A stretch of DNA of 64,000 nt, taken from positions 18,988-82,987 of the forward strand of contig JBDRCZ010000027.1 in NCBI GenBank assembly GCA_043821285.1, given 5' to 3'. Every line of letters starts with the position of its first letter. The stretch's first letter is position 1. The stretch comes from Candidatus Omnitrophota bacterium. Its GTDB lineage: Bacteria > Omnitrophota > Gorgyraeia > B26-G9 > JBDRCZ01. Shown piece by piece: positions 51,690 to 61,807 of the stretch. The position numbers and the translations under genes are program-made. Below the pieces are notes generated by a model. It saw only the letters and a program-made list of their open reading frames with translations. It searched no databases and was not told the origin of the DNA.

Positions 51690-51956
51690 TTATCTCCTTT
51701 TGTAAAACTTTTGTTCAGCTTTCGACATTGCCCGCGCGGTAATTATTTTTGCGCTGTTTGTGCCGCGATACTCAAATATTATCGTCAGATATCTTCCGCT
51801 TTCTGTTTGCCCGAGGGCGAAATAGCGATAGTCTCGACTTTTCAAAATAAATGGTTTGCCTTCAAAACAAACCTCTTCTACTTCCCTGGGGTCAACGCCG
51901 TGTTTAGCGATATGCCAAATAGTATTTTCGTTCCACTCGATATGTGTAATTTTCAC
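51690..51956 (-). CDS. brnT: BrnT-family ribonuclease toxin
   Basis: EWNE..HIAKHGV..EVEEV, ALGQTESGRYL, IITARAM. Confidence 0.88.
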   Translation of the reverse strand: MKITHIEWNENTIWHIAKHGVDPREVEEVCFEGKPFILKSRDYRYFALGQTESGRYLTIIFEYRGTNSAKIITARAMSKAEQKFYKRR

Positions 51957-52277
51957 ACGTACACCTCAGTTAATAGTATATTTCGAAATACAAAAGATGT
52001 CAAGAGTTTTATGCAACGATAGGAAAATAGCAAGGACACAGTTAATTGCTTATTTTTTAACAACAAATCGCACATGTTGTACGGATTTTTAATATTTGTG
52101 TTATCTGAGCTATCTGTGGTTAAAAAGATTCTCCCGTAAAGCCGCAAGGTTTGCTTAAAGTAATACTTTTCAGTTATACTCAGTACTGCTACACCCATCT
52201 ATCCATGTGATCTACCCATATACTCATTCCCCCATCTTTTACAAAATTCAACTTTTATACAATATTTCAATTTTCTC

Positions 52278-52318
52278 TTGACCATACAAAAATTGTATGG
52301 TACATTAGATGTATGGTT
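52278..52318 (+). promoter_or_regulatory. promoter with overlapping palindromic operator
   Basis: TTGACC, 17 bp, TACATT; inverted repeat ACCATACA-aaaat-TGTATGGT in the spacer and a third TGTATGGT half-site downstream. Confidence 0.6.
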
Positions 52319-52338
52319 TACGGCAGGAGGGATGCATA

Positions 52339-53469
52339 ATGGTAAAATTTCCCGTAGGCACACCAGTTATGGGAAAAGATTTAATTGGCCGTCGAGATGA
52401 GTTAAGGCAGTTAGAAGACTTGCTTGTTTCTGGACAAAGTGTCATTTTAACTTCTCCCCGGCGCTATGGGAAGACTTCAGTTTGCCTAGAATTGTTAAGC
52501 CGGCTTAAAAACAAAAAATATTTTGTGGTTTATTTAGATATTTTTTTGATTTTAAGTAAACGAAGATTTGCCGAGGAGATTGTAAACAAAACTCTTGAGA
52601 ATAAACAGGTTAGAAATTTTACGTATCAACTAAAAGAACGTTTTACAGAACTATTTCGTAAAATTGAGGTTAAACAGGTGATTAAAGATTTTGAATTCGT
52701 ATTATCGTTTAAAGATGAGAAGATAGATGAATGGGTTTTATTAAAATCTGCGTTGGAATTTCCAGAAGAATTTGCTAAAAAATACAAACGGAGAATGATT
52801 GTTATTATTGATGAATTTGGCGATTTGGCGAAATTAAATGGCGTGGAATTATTTAAATATATGCGGGCGATTTTTCAAAGACAGTCTTCCTGCAGTTATT
52901 TATTCACCGGAAGCCATGAAAGCATTATGAAAAAGCTTTTTTTTGATAAAAGACAGCCTTTCTTTCGTTTTGGCATTATGATGAAGTTAGACGTGTTACC
53001 AAAAAAAGAGACAAGTTTTTATATTAAGGAAAGGTTTAAACAAGCGGGATTAAAAATATCGGAGCGCGAAATTGATTATATTTTGCAGAAAAGTCACGCG
53101 CATCCTTATTATACGCAGCTTTTGTGTCAGAAGATATATTTTAGGATTTTGTCAAAAGGAAAAAATGAGATTAGCCAAGATGATATAGCAGAGGCATATC
53201 GGGAGGCGGTTATCACGGAGAAAGATTTTTTTGAAGAGCTTTGGATGGACTTAATGAGTAAGAAATATTATGCCAGGGTAGTTAAAGAACTTGTGTTGAA
53301 AGAAGGTCCTATTTATACAGTCGCGGATTTTAAAGGAGTAAATTTGGCAAGGATTCTCAAAAATTTAAGGGATAAAGGAATTATCGTAAAGGAAGATAAA
53401 AAATATAGTTTAAAAGACCATTTTTTCCAAGACTACATCAAAATACGTTTGCAGGGTAAGATGTTTTAA
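52339..53469 (+). CDS. archaeal-type AAA/STAND-like ATPase with C-terminal wHTH
   Basis: LIGRRDEL, SPRRYGKTS, IIDEF, FTGS, HPYYTQLLC; CAGGAGG RBS. Confidence 0.85.
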   Translation: MVKFPVGTPVMGKDLIGRRDELRQLEDLLVSGQSVILTSPRRYGKTSVCLELLSRLKNKKYFVVYLDIFLILSKRRFAEEIVNKTLENKQVRNFTYQLKERFTELFRKIEVKQVIKDFEFVLSFKDEKIDEWVLLKSALEFPEEFAKKYKRRMIVIIDEFGDLAKLNGVELFKYMRAIFQRQSSCSYLFTGSHESIMKKLFFDKRQPFFRFGIMMKLDVLPKKETSFYIKERFKQAGLKISEREIDYILQKSHAHPYYTQLLCQKIYFRILSKGKNEISQDDIAEAYREAVITEKDFFEELWMDLMSKKYYARVVKELVLKEGPIYTVADFKGVNLARILKNLRDKGIIVKEDKKYSLKDHFFQDYIKIRLQGKMF

Positions 53470-53759
53470 CATTTAAACCGTTGCGCTACGGTAAAAAATA
53501 ACATAGTAATGTAAAAATGGCAGCTTGTGTGGTATAATTATACTAGATCAATTACGTATTATAACTATGTATAAATATGGAGTATTGCGAGTGCCCCGTT
53601 GTGCGGAGCGGCTGTTCGGGGTATTGAGCATAAAAAATAAATAAAAAATTTTACTAGGACACGAAGAAAAACTGAAATAAATCAGACAAGATTAACCTAA
53701 TAGACAAGGAGAACTTTCCTTTATATACTTGTTGCTTGCCTATGTTGAGAGGTATAAGG

Positions 53760-54191
53760 ATGTACAGGCGGTATACCGCAGATATGCTGCGGTCTAATCT
53801 TCATGAGATTTTTGTTAAGTTTGCTGCGGTTTTAGTCCATCTTTTTGGTTCACAGGTCACAGGGCGCCTGGGACCAATGAGTGATGTAGATTTAGCCGTG
53901 CTTTGGGATGACAAAGAACAGCAGCCAATGATGAAAAGCCTTGCTTTACAAGAAGCAGTGAGAACTAAGCTTCAAGATGAAAAGTTTGAGATCGGCCCGC
54001 TTAATGAGCAGCCGCTTAGCTTCTGCTATAATGTGATTAAAGATGGGGTCTGCATCTTTGGTAAAGAGTCTGACCGTGTTAGATACGAAACATATATTCT
54101 CAATGAGTATTTAGATTTTTTGTATTTAGCTGAGGAATACAATAAGGCCTTTACAAAGGCTGTTTGTGAGGAAAAAAGAATTGATAAATAG
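53760..54191 (+). CDS. mntA: minimal nucleotidyltransferase (MntA-like antitoxin)
   Basis: LFGSQVTG...SDVDLAV motif; overlaps a HEPN gene. Confidence 0.85.
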   Translation: MYRRYTADMLRSNLHEIFVKFAAVLVHLFGSQVTGRLGPMSDVDLAVLWDDKEQQPMMKSLALQEAVRTKLQDEKFEIGPLNEQPLSFCYNVIKDGVCIFGKESDRVRYETYILNEYLDFLYLAEEYNKAFTKAVCEEKRIDK

Positions 54192-54474
54192 AGAAGAGTT
54201 CTACCGGCGATTAGATGAAATAAGAGAGGCAGTTAACTTCTTAAGAAAAATAAAACAGGAGGACTTAGAAATAGAGGAGAAGTTTCTCTTGGCAAGGTAC
54301 GAGCTGCAGATTATCTTAGAGGCAATGTTTACCACCGGTAATCAAATTATTGCCAATAGCATACTTAGGAAGCCCACGGGTTATAAGGACATTTTAACAG
54401 TTCTATATGAAAATAAGATATTAGAGAAAGAATTATACGAGCAACTAATTCCCTTTGTCGGATTACGTGGTTAA
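54181..54474 (+). pseudogene. hepT: HepT/DUF86 HEPN toxin truncated within its RX4H motif
   Basis: RYELQIILEA, P.GYKDI..L, ends GLRG* where GLRNxxxH is expected. Confidence 0.75.
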
Positions 54475-54720
54475 ATTTTTGTTTTTTCTCTTTCTCTACA
54501 TTCGCTACATTTGATTATTCTTTTCTATCTTTTGTCCGGTTTGTTAATTTTTTTCTGCTTTTATAGTATTCTTTGCGTTCTTGGCGGCTTTGCGGGATGA
54601 TTTGTTGCAAAAATCTGCAAAATATTTCCAACCCTTTTTATTTGATGCATAGCTCTTTTTATATCAAACACTTACAACCCATCACACAAAACAGAGAAAT
54701 AAAAAAATCACAAAATACCC

Positions 54721-54748
54721 TTGAAATTTCCCAAAAATATGGTATACT
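54721..54748 (+). promoter_or_regulatory. sigma70 promoter similar to the giant-gene promoter
   Basis: TTGAAA, 16 bp, TG-G-TATACT; downstream sequence aligns with 25263-25320. Confidence 0.55.
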
Positions 54749-55591
54749 TGTAAAATGCCTTATTTATAATAGATTTTAAATTTATTTACAAATAATTTAA
54801 CATATAAAAATCACAAATAATTGCAGGCGATAATCAAAAATGGGCCAAAAATAATAATATTGAATCCATTCAGATTTAATATCTCCCTGTTTAGGTTAGA
54901 AAACTCCCTTAAATTCCAGATTGTATAAATCTGGAAAGCTCTGTTTAAAAAGCTGATTGTTTATGCAAAGCGGGGTTGTTTTTGGCTAATTCGATAGGCA
55001 ACTCCTTTCAACACGATTAATTTTATCATACGCGGCAATAAAATAAAACGATTTTTTCTTGCAGCCTAAATACTTATACCTTTTTCTCCTGTGAACCATT
55101 ATTATTTTTGGCGCACTTTTCATTATTCCCTACACGCGCATATGATTCCATAGAGAGCAGGAAACAAAAATGCATCCCGCACGTATTTAGGATGATTGAA
55201 CGTTACTCAAGGGATGAAGATGAGATAAAGCCTTTTGTGAAGAACTGAAGGAGTTAATGAAATGTGTCGATCTATTTATTTAAACAGAGAAAGCACGTGA
55301 AAGATTACCTTATTCAGCGGGCGGATCTTATCGCAAAAGTAAAAAACGGGATTAGTATTGCGTATTGAGTATAAGAAATTAAAAAAATCAGACACGATTA
55401 ACTGGATATCAGGATAAAAAAACTTAGTGTGCGGATAAAATTTTTGAATTTTAGTATGTCATTTTGATTTTTGGACTTCTCCTCCGAAGGCGGATCCGCC
55501 TCTGGCGGAGATTTTTGGATTAAATTTAGAAATTAGGTCAATTAGAGCAATTAGACATTAATTAGAAATTAAAGAGTGTATTTGGTGAAAT

Positions 55592-58500
55592 ATGAGGAAG
55601 CAGAAATATAATATCTTATTTAAACTAATAGCATTGATACTAATCAACGCCTTCTTCTGCATGGATATCTCCTGGGCCGCAGGTGGTAATATAAGAGGTC
55701 TAACTACCCATCTTGCACCACGGTTGAATATAAGTGATTTAAATAGTGTTTTTGAAAAAGTAACACCAGGAGCGATCCAGTTTGATAAAGATATAGCTGT
55801 CTTTAGATATCAGGTTGGAGAAATTTATGAAAATAATAGGTCCGTAGAAGAAATAACCGCACTGATAGAACAACATAAAGAATCTTTTATATCTGCCTTA
55901 TATGTTGAAAAAGAAATAGAGGGTAATAGTTGGCGTAAGAAAGAACTAAGAAGCATGAATTATACGGAACTGTGCACGCTTATTCCATCGGATGATTCGT
56001 ATGCTGAACCTGTTATTTACGCACAACATAAGATTAAAGCTGTTCTTGGTGGAAGGCGTGTTTCCGCACCTATTAGCATGGCGGGTTCATGGATAGAGGA
56101 TCTGAAATGCGTTATGGATATAGAAGAGCGTTATAGAAATGAGACAGTTATGAGAGAGCAAATGACGCCGAGTCAGCAGAAGATTCATGAGCTATGGAAA
56201 TTATACCGTGACCTGGGCGTAGGAATGGTAATGCCGGTGGATGATAACAACACAGTCTACTTATACAATCGGGAGGACGTGGGGTCGCTATTATATAGCA
56301 ATGAAGAACTTAGGTTTGCATTAGATGGTTTGATTTCACCTGCATCTACTGAAGCCTTGTTTAAGTCAGATGTGCTACAATTAGTAGCTTTAGAACCAAT
56401 GATCTGGGGATTTCCTAACCCAATAACAGCATTGTTCCCAGAGATTCTTCAGATTTGTCTTGAGCATATGCGTTCGGCCGCAGATTTAGACCGAATCATT
56501 GAAAACAGACATAAGGAAGATTTGATTTTTCCTCGAATAAAGCTTAACTTTTTGTTATGCGATGTAGGCGGACTTACAGCAGCAGCCAGAGAACTATATA
56601 TTGATCCACATATTGTTGTGACAGTTGAAACGAGACAAAGACAGGCAAGAGCTGCAAGTATAGTTGCTCAGATACCTTCTCAGATTAAGGCTGAACAAAT
56701 TCCAAAAAGCACGCGGCAAGCTTTTGTAGAACATATGCAGAGAATTGTTCAGATAGCAACAGGTGTTACTAATGCGGAGATTGATAATAGATTGCTCATT
56801 TCCCTAATGAACCGCATAGCTATTAATGAAAATTATCCCCTTTTGGGTGTTAACATATTTAGATTTAGAGTTCGTGATAAAAGAGGCGAGAGAGAATATG
56901 CTAAAGATATTTTTCATTTTGAGGTAGATGTTGCTAAACAGAATGTTTTTATTATGGATAGTGAAGGAAATAGACGTCAATTTGCTTTGTCATCTGGCTT
57001 TGATGTACGAACAATAACCACGATCTTGGATCTTGAGATCAAAACTAAACAAGGCAGCAGAAATCTATTTGAATATCTTTTTGAAAGAAAGTGGCTACCA
57101 GAGGATGTGACACGTGAGATGATTATTAGTCAGGATATGACACCAGAGATCCACTTTTATTTTGTTTTAGATGAACGCCACAGGCTTCAATATACAACCG
57201 CAGAAATTGGACGAAAAACTATAGAACTTGTGTTTATGGATGAAGGTATTCGATGGTGGAAAGGGATTGGGAATACTGAAGAACAATCATACGTATCAGA
57301 TTATGGGGGGAAAGACTTCCGAGTTAGTATAGCAAGCGGTCAGATAGTTACCATAGGGCATTTACATCCTCTATTACACGGCAGTGTTCAAAGAAAGCAA
57401 AAAGTTCTTGTGCATGCAGGTGATGCAGCAGCTTATTTGCATCTTGGCAATCAGGTAAGAGAGCGCTGTCCAAATACAAAAATTTCGAATATAATCGTTG
57501 ATACAGTGGAGCATGGAAAAGAATGGATGGTGAGAATTTTTATTCCAAGATTATCGGTCAATTGGAACGAATATAATGCTCTTATTAAGCAGGCCAAGAG
57601 TAGCGATAAGCAATTAAGAAGAGGGAGTGAACAACGCATCAATGAAATAACCCAACACATACAAGAAAATATAGATGATTATTTTGAAGTAGTTGAAATA
57701 CCGATTATACTTGAGGATGAAGGTGATAGAAAAATGCCAAATCCTCCGCCAGTTGTAGCTACTCCTATTTCTCCCAAACCGTCTTCTGTCTCGTTGTCAG
57801 GTCTTACCTATGATGAACATGAGCGTGACATAGACCGTCGGATTGCAAAAGAGATAGAAAAATATTATAGCAAACCATTGCCATGGGCGCCAAAGTCGCT
57901 CAAGAGGGTAATAGCAGTTTTTATACCCCAGTCTTTTACGAAACCATATACATTAGAAGATTCTCAAGCAAAGCTTGTAATGGAATTCTTGGAAAATGTG
58001 GGGTTAGTTTCTCTAAAAGACCTTTTCAAAACAGAGGTTCGCAGTGGTCGAGTATGGCAAATTGATAGCCGGCCGAAAAAAGTATATGCTAATGGCCATG
58101 CTGGGCCTCGGGGAATTTATGTATTTAATCCTGATACTATTTTTGGGGGGCCTAAAGATATAGTTAGATGGGAAGCGGGTGTGTTGATTCATGAGATTAT
58201 TGCCAAAGCGGGCTGTTCACATAATCAAGCATTAGCAATGCAAAAGGTTTTTGACTGGTATTATCGGGATAAAGGAGGATGGATTTCAGGAGATGTTTGG
58301 CAGCACCGCATTAATACTAAAGTTGCTGGATTATTGACAGACTTAAGCGCTTTGAGCGAGTGGCCAGAGCTTCCTCAAGGCAAGGGGGCTGAAATATCTC
58401 GCGACCTTGCTGAGCAATCTGGATTAAAAGCACCACCAGGGACGACTACTTCTCAGGAAAAGATAGTTCTTTTAATAAGACTTATCAATGATGGTCTTGA

Positions 58501-60343
58501 ATACCCCACTGGACGTGCGGTTGAAAAGTGGATAGAATCTATATGCAAAAAAATAGCAGAATTTGATGGGACACTTCCGGACAAAACTAAAAAAAACATA
58601 AAATCTGTATTTCTTAATAAACTTGTAGAAATTATGCTCGAAGATCATGGAGAGATTTATTTCATTATTCAACCAGTTATTGAAGTTTTTGAAAAAACTG
58701 GGATTAGCATAGCAGATAAAGATATAGTTAGAAAAATAACAGAGCTTGCAGAAGCCAGACAGGACAACCCTGCAGTGCTGCCGCAAACTATCTACGCCCC
58801 GACTGATTTTTTGTCAGTGTTTGGGGAACATTTTAATGGTTTAAATTTAGAAAACACAGAACTTCAAACAATAGAGCTTGCGATACGGATATTTTACAGG
58901 TATTCTTATTGGCTTGATGTGATGGTAAAACAAGGCCTGTCATATCAACATGCAGCCAGGGCTTTAATATATTATTTACAAATACAAGAAAGATTAAACA
59001 AGATAAGCATTTCTGTGCAGGGAAACTCCCAAGACGAAAACCCGGATACGCACCCTTCGTTACGATGGAAGCCAGATGCTTTTATACAACTTATACGAGT
59101 GGCTGTTCTTGATCCAGATAATGATATTGAGTTAAAGAGTTTAGCCAAGCAATTATATAGTGATGATCAATTTGATTCGTGGGAAGATATTTATAATCGT
59201 ATACCGGAACCTAACCCAAATGGCCAGGACGAAATTGGTACTTCTTCCGAGGTAAAGAAGAGTGGTGCATTAAAACATATAGGAACCCATCCGGCAAAAG
59301 AAGTGTCGGAAGGTGTTATGGGCATATGGAGAGAAGCTGCTGCTAACAAATTAGTTGAGACGAAGACGATACAAGATAAAAAGATAGAAGCTATATTTAT
59401 CTTTGATGCTGTATATATGCCAGAAGACAGGGCAGGCCATCATTTTTATGATAGAGAGGGCAATCTTGTAATAGTTACTCGTGCAAAAATAGAATCTGAG
59501 ACTCTTGAAGGTATAATCGCTGGAGAAACAGCTTATCATGATTCAGATGAGGCAGGTTGGAGAACGTGGCTTAGCCTATATGGTAGCCTATATGAAAATT
59601 TGACAGAAGAAGAAATTAAACGTCGATCCCACATCCTTGCCTCAGCAAGGCAAGTTTTTGCCTTTAGTGAAAATGGTGAGCTTACTCCATACCATAAACA
59701 ACAGCTTACCAAGATGCCATTAGATAGGCTCATACAATTGATGCTGGAAGACAGAGCAGATCAGCATAACATAATAAGACGATATCTTAATGAAGCAGAT
59801 TTTGCCAAAATTGTGATGTATGAAACTCGATTTAGGCAAATAGTTAAAGAAAAGATAAGATTGTTAATAATGAACGAATTGCCTGGAGATGCCAAAGTTA
59901 TATTAAGCAGCCAAGGCCAGCAAGCAATTTCTTTTACTTTTACAGAACCGGTATTAATTTGTATTGGTGGCACAGTGCTTATATTGCATGAAAAAGATGG
60001 TGTATTAACCTTAGAAGTTTCAAAAGATATATGGGAAAGAAAAGAAATGCTTTTAAGGGAAGCGTATTATGATGTTGGCAATGATGAGTTAAGACCAGAA
60101 GCGATGAATAATTTTAATATCCCAGATTCTAGAGTTTCCGGTATTCATTTTACTATTCAACGTAGAAGGGAGAGTATTACTATTGCCAGACATCCGCTTG
60201 GAGGAGATACGGTGGTTTATTTTACTAAGGCCTTGCCGACTGGATCTGCAGATGCCCGTACAGATGTTGCTGAAATGCCGGATACAGGGTTTTTAGCAGT
60301 TAAACGAATGGAATACATTTTGGAAGTAGAGAGAGCAATCTAA
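55592..60343 (+). CDS. 1583-aa leader-family protein of unknown function (possible C-terminal FHA-like domain)
   Basis: family leader ...WAAGG..THLAP; C-terminal VG..IPDSRVSGIHFTI..GDTVV resembles FHA; ends VERAI*. Confidence 0.85.
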   Translation: MRKQKYNILFKLIALILINAFFCMDISWAAGGNIRGLTTHLAPRLNISDLNSVFEKVTPGAIQFDKDIAVFRYQVGEIYENNRSVEEITALIEQHKESFISALYVEKEIEGNSWRKKELRSMNYTELCTLIPSDDSYAEPVIYAQHKIKAVLGGRRVSAPISMAGSWIEDLKCVMDIEERYRNETVMREQMTPSQQKIHELWKLYRDLGVGMVMPVDDNNTVYLYNREDVGSLLYSNEELRFALDGLISPASTEALFKSDVLQLVALEPMIWGFPNPITALFPEILQICLEHMRSAADLDRIIENRHKEDLIFPRIKLNFLLCDVGGLTAAARELYIDPHIVVTVETRQRQARAASIVAQIPSQIKAEQIPKSTRQAFVEHMQRIVQIATGVTNAEIDNRLLISLMNRIAINENYPLLGVNIFRFRVRDKRGEREYAKDIFHFEVDVAKQNVFIMDSEGNRRQFALSSGFDVRTITTILDLEIKTKQGSRNLFEYLFERKWLPEDVTREMIISQDMTPEIHFYFVLDERHRLQYTTAEIGRKTIELVFMDEGIRWWKGIGNTEEQSYVSDYGGKDFRVSIASGQIVTIGHLHPLLHGSVQRKQKVLVHAGDAAAYLHLGNQVRERCPNTKISNIIVDTVEHGKEWMVRIFIPRLSVNWNEYNALIKQAKSSDKQLRRGSEQRINEITQHIQENIDDYFEVVEIPIILEDEGDRKMPNPPPVVATPISPKPSSVSLSGLTYDEHERDIDRRIAKEIEKYYSKPLPWAPKSLKRVIAVFIPQSFTKPYTLEDSQAKLVMEFLENVGLVSLKDLFKTEVRSGRVWQIDSRPKKVYANGHAGPRGIYVFNPDTIFGGPKDIVRWEAGVLIHEIIAKAGCSHNQALAMQKVFDWYYRDKGGWISGDVWQHRINTKVAGLLTDLSALSEWPELPQGKGAEISRDLAEQSGLKAPPGTTTSQEKIVLLIRLINDGLEYPTGRAVEKWIESICKKIAEFDGTLPDKTKKNIKSVFLNKLVEIMLEDHGEIYFIIQPVIEVFEKTGISIADKDIVRKITELAEARQDNPAVLPQTIYAPTDFLSVFGEHFNGLNLENTELQTIELAIRIFYRYSYWLDVMVKQGLSYQHAARALIYYLQIQERLNKISISVQGNSQDENPDTHPSLRWKPDAFIQLIRVAVLDPDNDIELKSLAKQLYSDDQFDSWEDIYNRIPEPNPNGQDEIGTSSEVKKSGALKHIGTHPAKEVSEGVMGIWREAAANKLVETKTIQDKKIEAIFIFDAVYMPEDRAGHHFYDREGNLVIVTRAKIESETLEGIIAGETAYHDSDEAGWRTWLSLYGSLYENLTEEEIKRRSHILASARQVFAFSENGELTPYHKQQLTKMPLDRLIQLMLEDRADQHNIIRRYLNEADFAKIVMYETRFRQIVKEKIRLLIMNELPGDAKVILSSQGQQAISFTFTEPVLICIGGTVLILHEKDGVLTLEVSKDIWERKEMLLREAYYDVGNDELRPEAMNNFNIPDSRVSGIHFTIQRRRESITIARHPLGGDTVVYFTKALPTGSADARTDVAEMPDTGFLAVKRMEYILEVERAI

Positions 60344-60368
60344 AAAAGTTGCCAATTGGCAACTTTTT
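60343..60368 (+). terminator. palindromic hairpin / probable intrinsic terminator
   Basis: perfect palindrome AAAAAGTTGCCAATTGGCAACTTTTT right after the stop codon. Confidence 0.6.
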
Positions 60369-60444
60369 AGTTAACAGTGTACCCCCCCCTGCCGGGGACA
60401 AGCAGTTTACCGTTTACAGTGCAAAAAATACAATTATCACACAG

Positions 60445-60772
60445 GTGCAGCCTACAAGACTGGTTGACCTAACAGGGTGAAAGTCCCTGTGGATGTAATT
60501 GCCTATTTGACATCATAGCCATATCTGACCTTTGTCAAAGGTGACAAAGACCGAGGAAAGCTCAGAACTAAACGGAGACTATAGGTCTTCTAACAAACCT
60601 GAGGGTTGCAGCGAAAGCGAACCTTAGAATTAGCCTCGTTAGATAAAAATGGAAGCGCTAAGTCCGTCTGTGTGGGACGATAGCCAGAGGCTCTGGAGGA
60701 AGGAATAAGTTGAGCTGAACCAATAGGGGAGGCGCCTGTAGCTTAAAGCCGTATTGGGGAAAACCCGATGTA
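60445..60772 (+). mobile_element. ORF-less, internally deleted group II intron remnant
   Basis: 5' GTGCAG, domain I-like AGGGTGAAAGTCCCT, GCAGCGAAAGCGAAC, TTAGCCTCGTTA; partial domain V AAGCCGTATTGGGGAAAACCCGATGTA. Confidence 0.65.
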
Positions 60773-61268
60773 TCAAGCCGTGTTTTAAGGGTATTACTTG
60801 AAGAGCCTAAAAAAGAGTGGAGGATGCTGGAATTATCAAAAACCGCAAAAGTAAGCCTTGGCCAAACGTCTAATGTCTGTCGTTGGCTTATCGATGAGGA
60901 ATATCTTAAAAAAACATGGCGGTTATTCTTTAACTGAACCTGGTAAGTTATTGGATGAGTGGTGCCAAAATTATACTTATACGCAGAATAAAATGTCCGC
61001 TTACTATTCTTTTGAGCAGAATCCGGAAAGATTAATTAAAAAGATAATACAGATTAGTAAAGAGAAAAATTTAAAGTATGCTTTTACTTTGTTGTCCGGT
61101 GCTTCTTTCGTCGCTCCGTTTGTCAGAGGTATAACCAGTTTGCAGATGTATGTTGCTGACAATGAAGATCTTTCTAACAGGGTTCGTTTACTTGACCTGC
61201 GGCCAGTGGAGTCAGGAAGCAACATTTTTATGCATATTCCTTATGATGAAGGAGAAAAACATGGATAG
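60773..61268 (+). pseudogene. AbiEi-type (type IV TA) antitoxin fragment, frameshifted
   Basis: SRVLRVLLEEPKKEW..LSKTAKVSLGQTSNV, frameshift in an A-run near 60910, then LTEPGKLLDEW..YAFTLLSGA..APFVR. Confidence 0.65.
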
Positions 61269-61344
61269 AAGGTTAATCACTGATTTAGAGGTTAAGCTTG
61301 TAGAGGCATCAAAATCTATACTTTTAGAGATAATGAATTTTTAA
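61261..61344 (+). pseudogene. N-terminal fragment of the putative cognate nucleotidyltransferase toxin
   Basis: MDRR...VEASKSILLEIM* overlapping the antitoxin stop; GGAG RBS. Confidence 0.4.
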
Positions 61345-61807
61345 CATTGTTGTCGAAGTAATATCTAAGATGTCCTGATTTGTTCTTAAAAAAAGATTTC
61401 ATTACAGAACCACGGATGACATCCCGAAAGAAAATTATACGGCACATTCCAGTTGTACGGAACATATAGAAATAGCTCAAACATTACTATAACAGCATAG
61501 GTGGCAGTTTCTAACGGGACAAGCAGAAAAAGGATAGACATTAAGCACAGATTGCAGGGAAGAAGATTTAACATGTAAAATTTGTGTAATTTGTGCGAGA
61601 ATCGTATTTATTGACAGTCGTAATGCATGGATATATAATATAAGTTAAATGGGGTGAAGGCTTATGAAAAACTGGAAAGCAACCACAGATTACACAGATT
61701 ACACAGATTATCACGAATGGAAAAAAGTTTATTTGTGACAATTTGTGTGAATGGTGGTTAAAAAGAGAACATAAGCCGCAACTGCTTTTCAAGAGAGAGG
61801 TAAAAAT

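Noticed and set aside
51255-52022. 255-aa ORF as a full gene
   Set aside because: Beyond the leader it is the antisense of the clearly recognisable brnT/antitoxin pair
54840-55360. Possible degraded gene or IS fragments
   Set aside because: No sustained reading frame or identifiable motif
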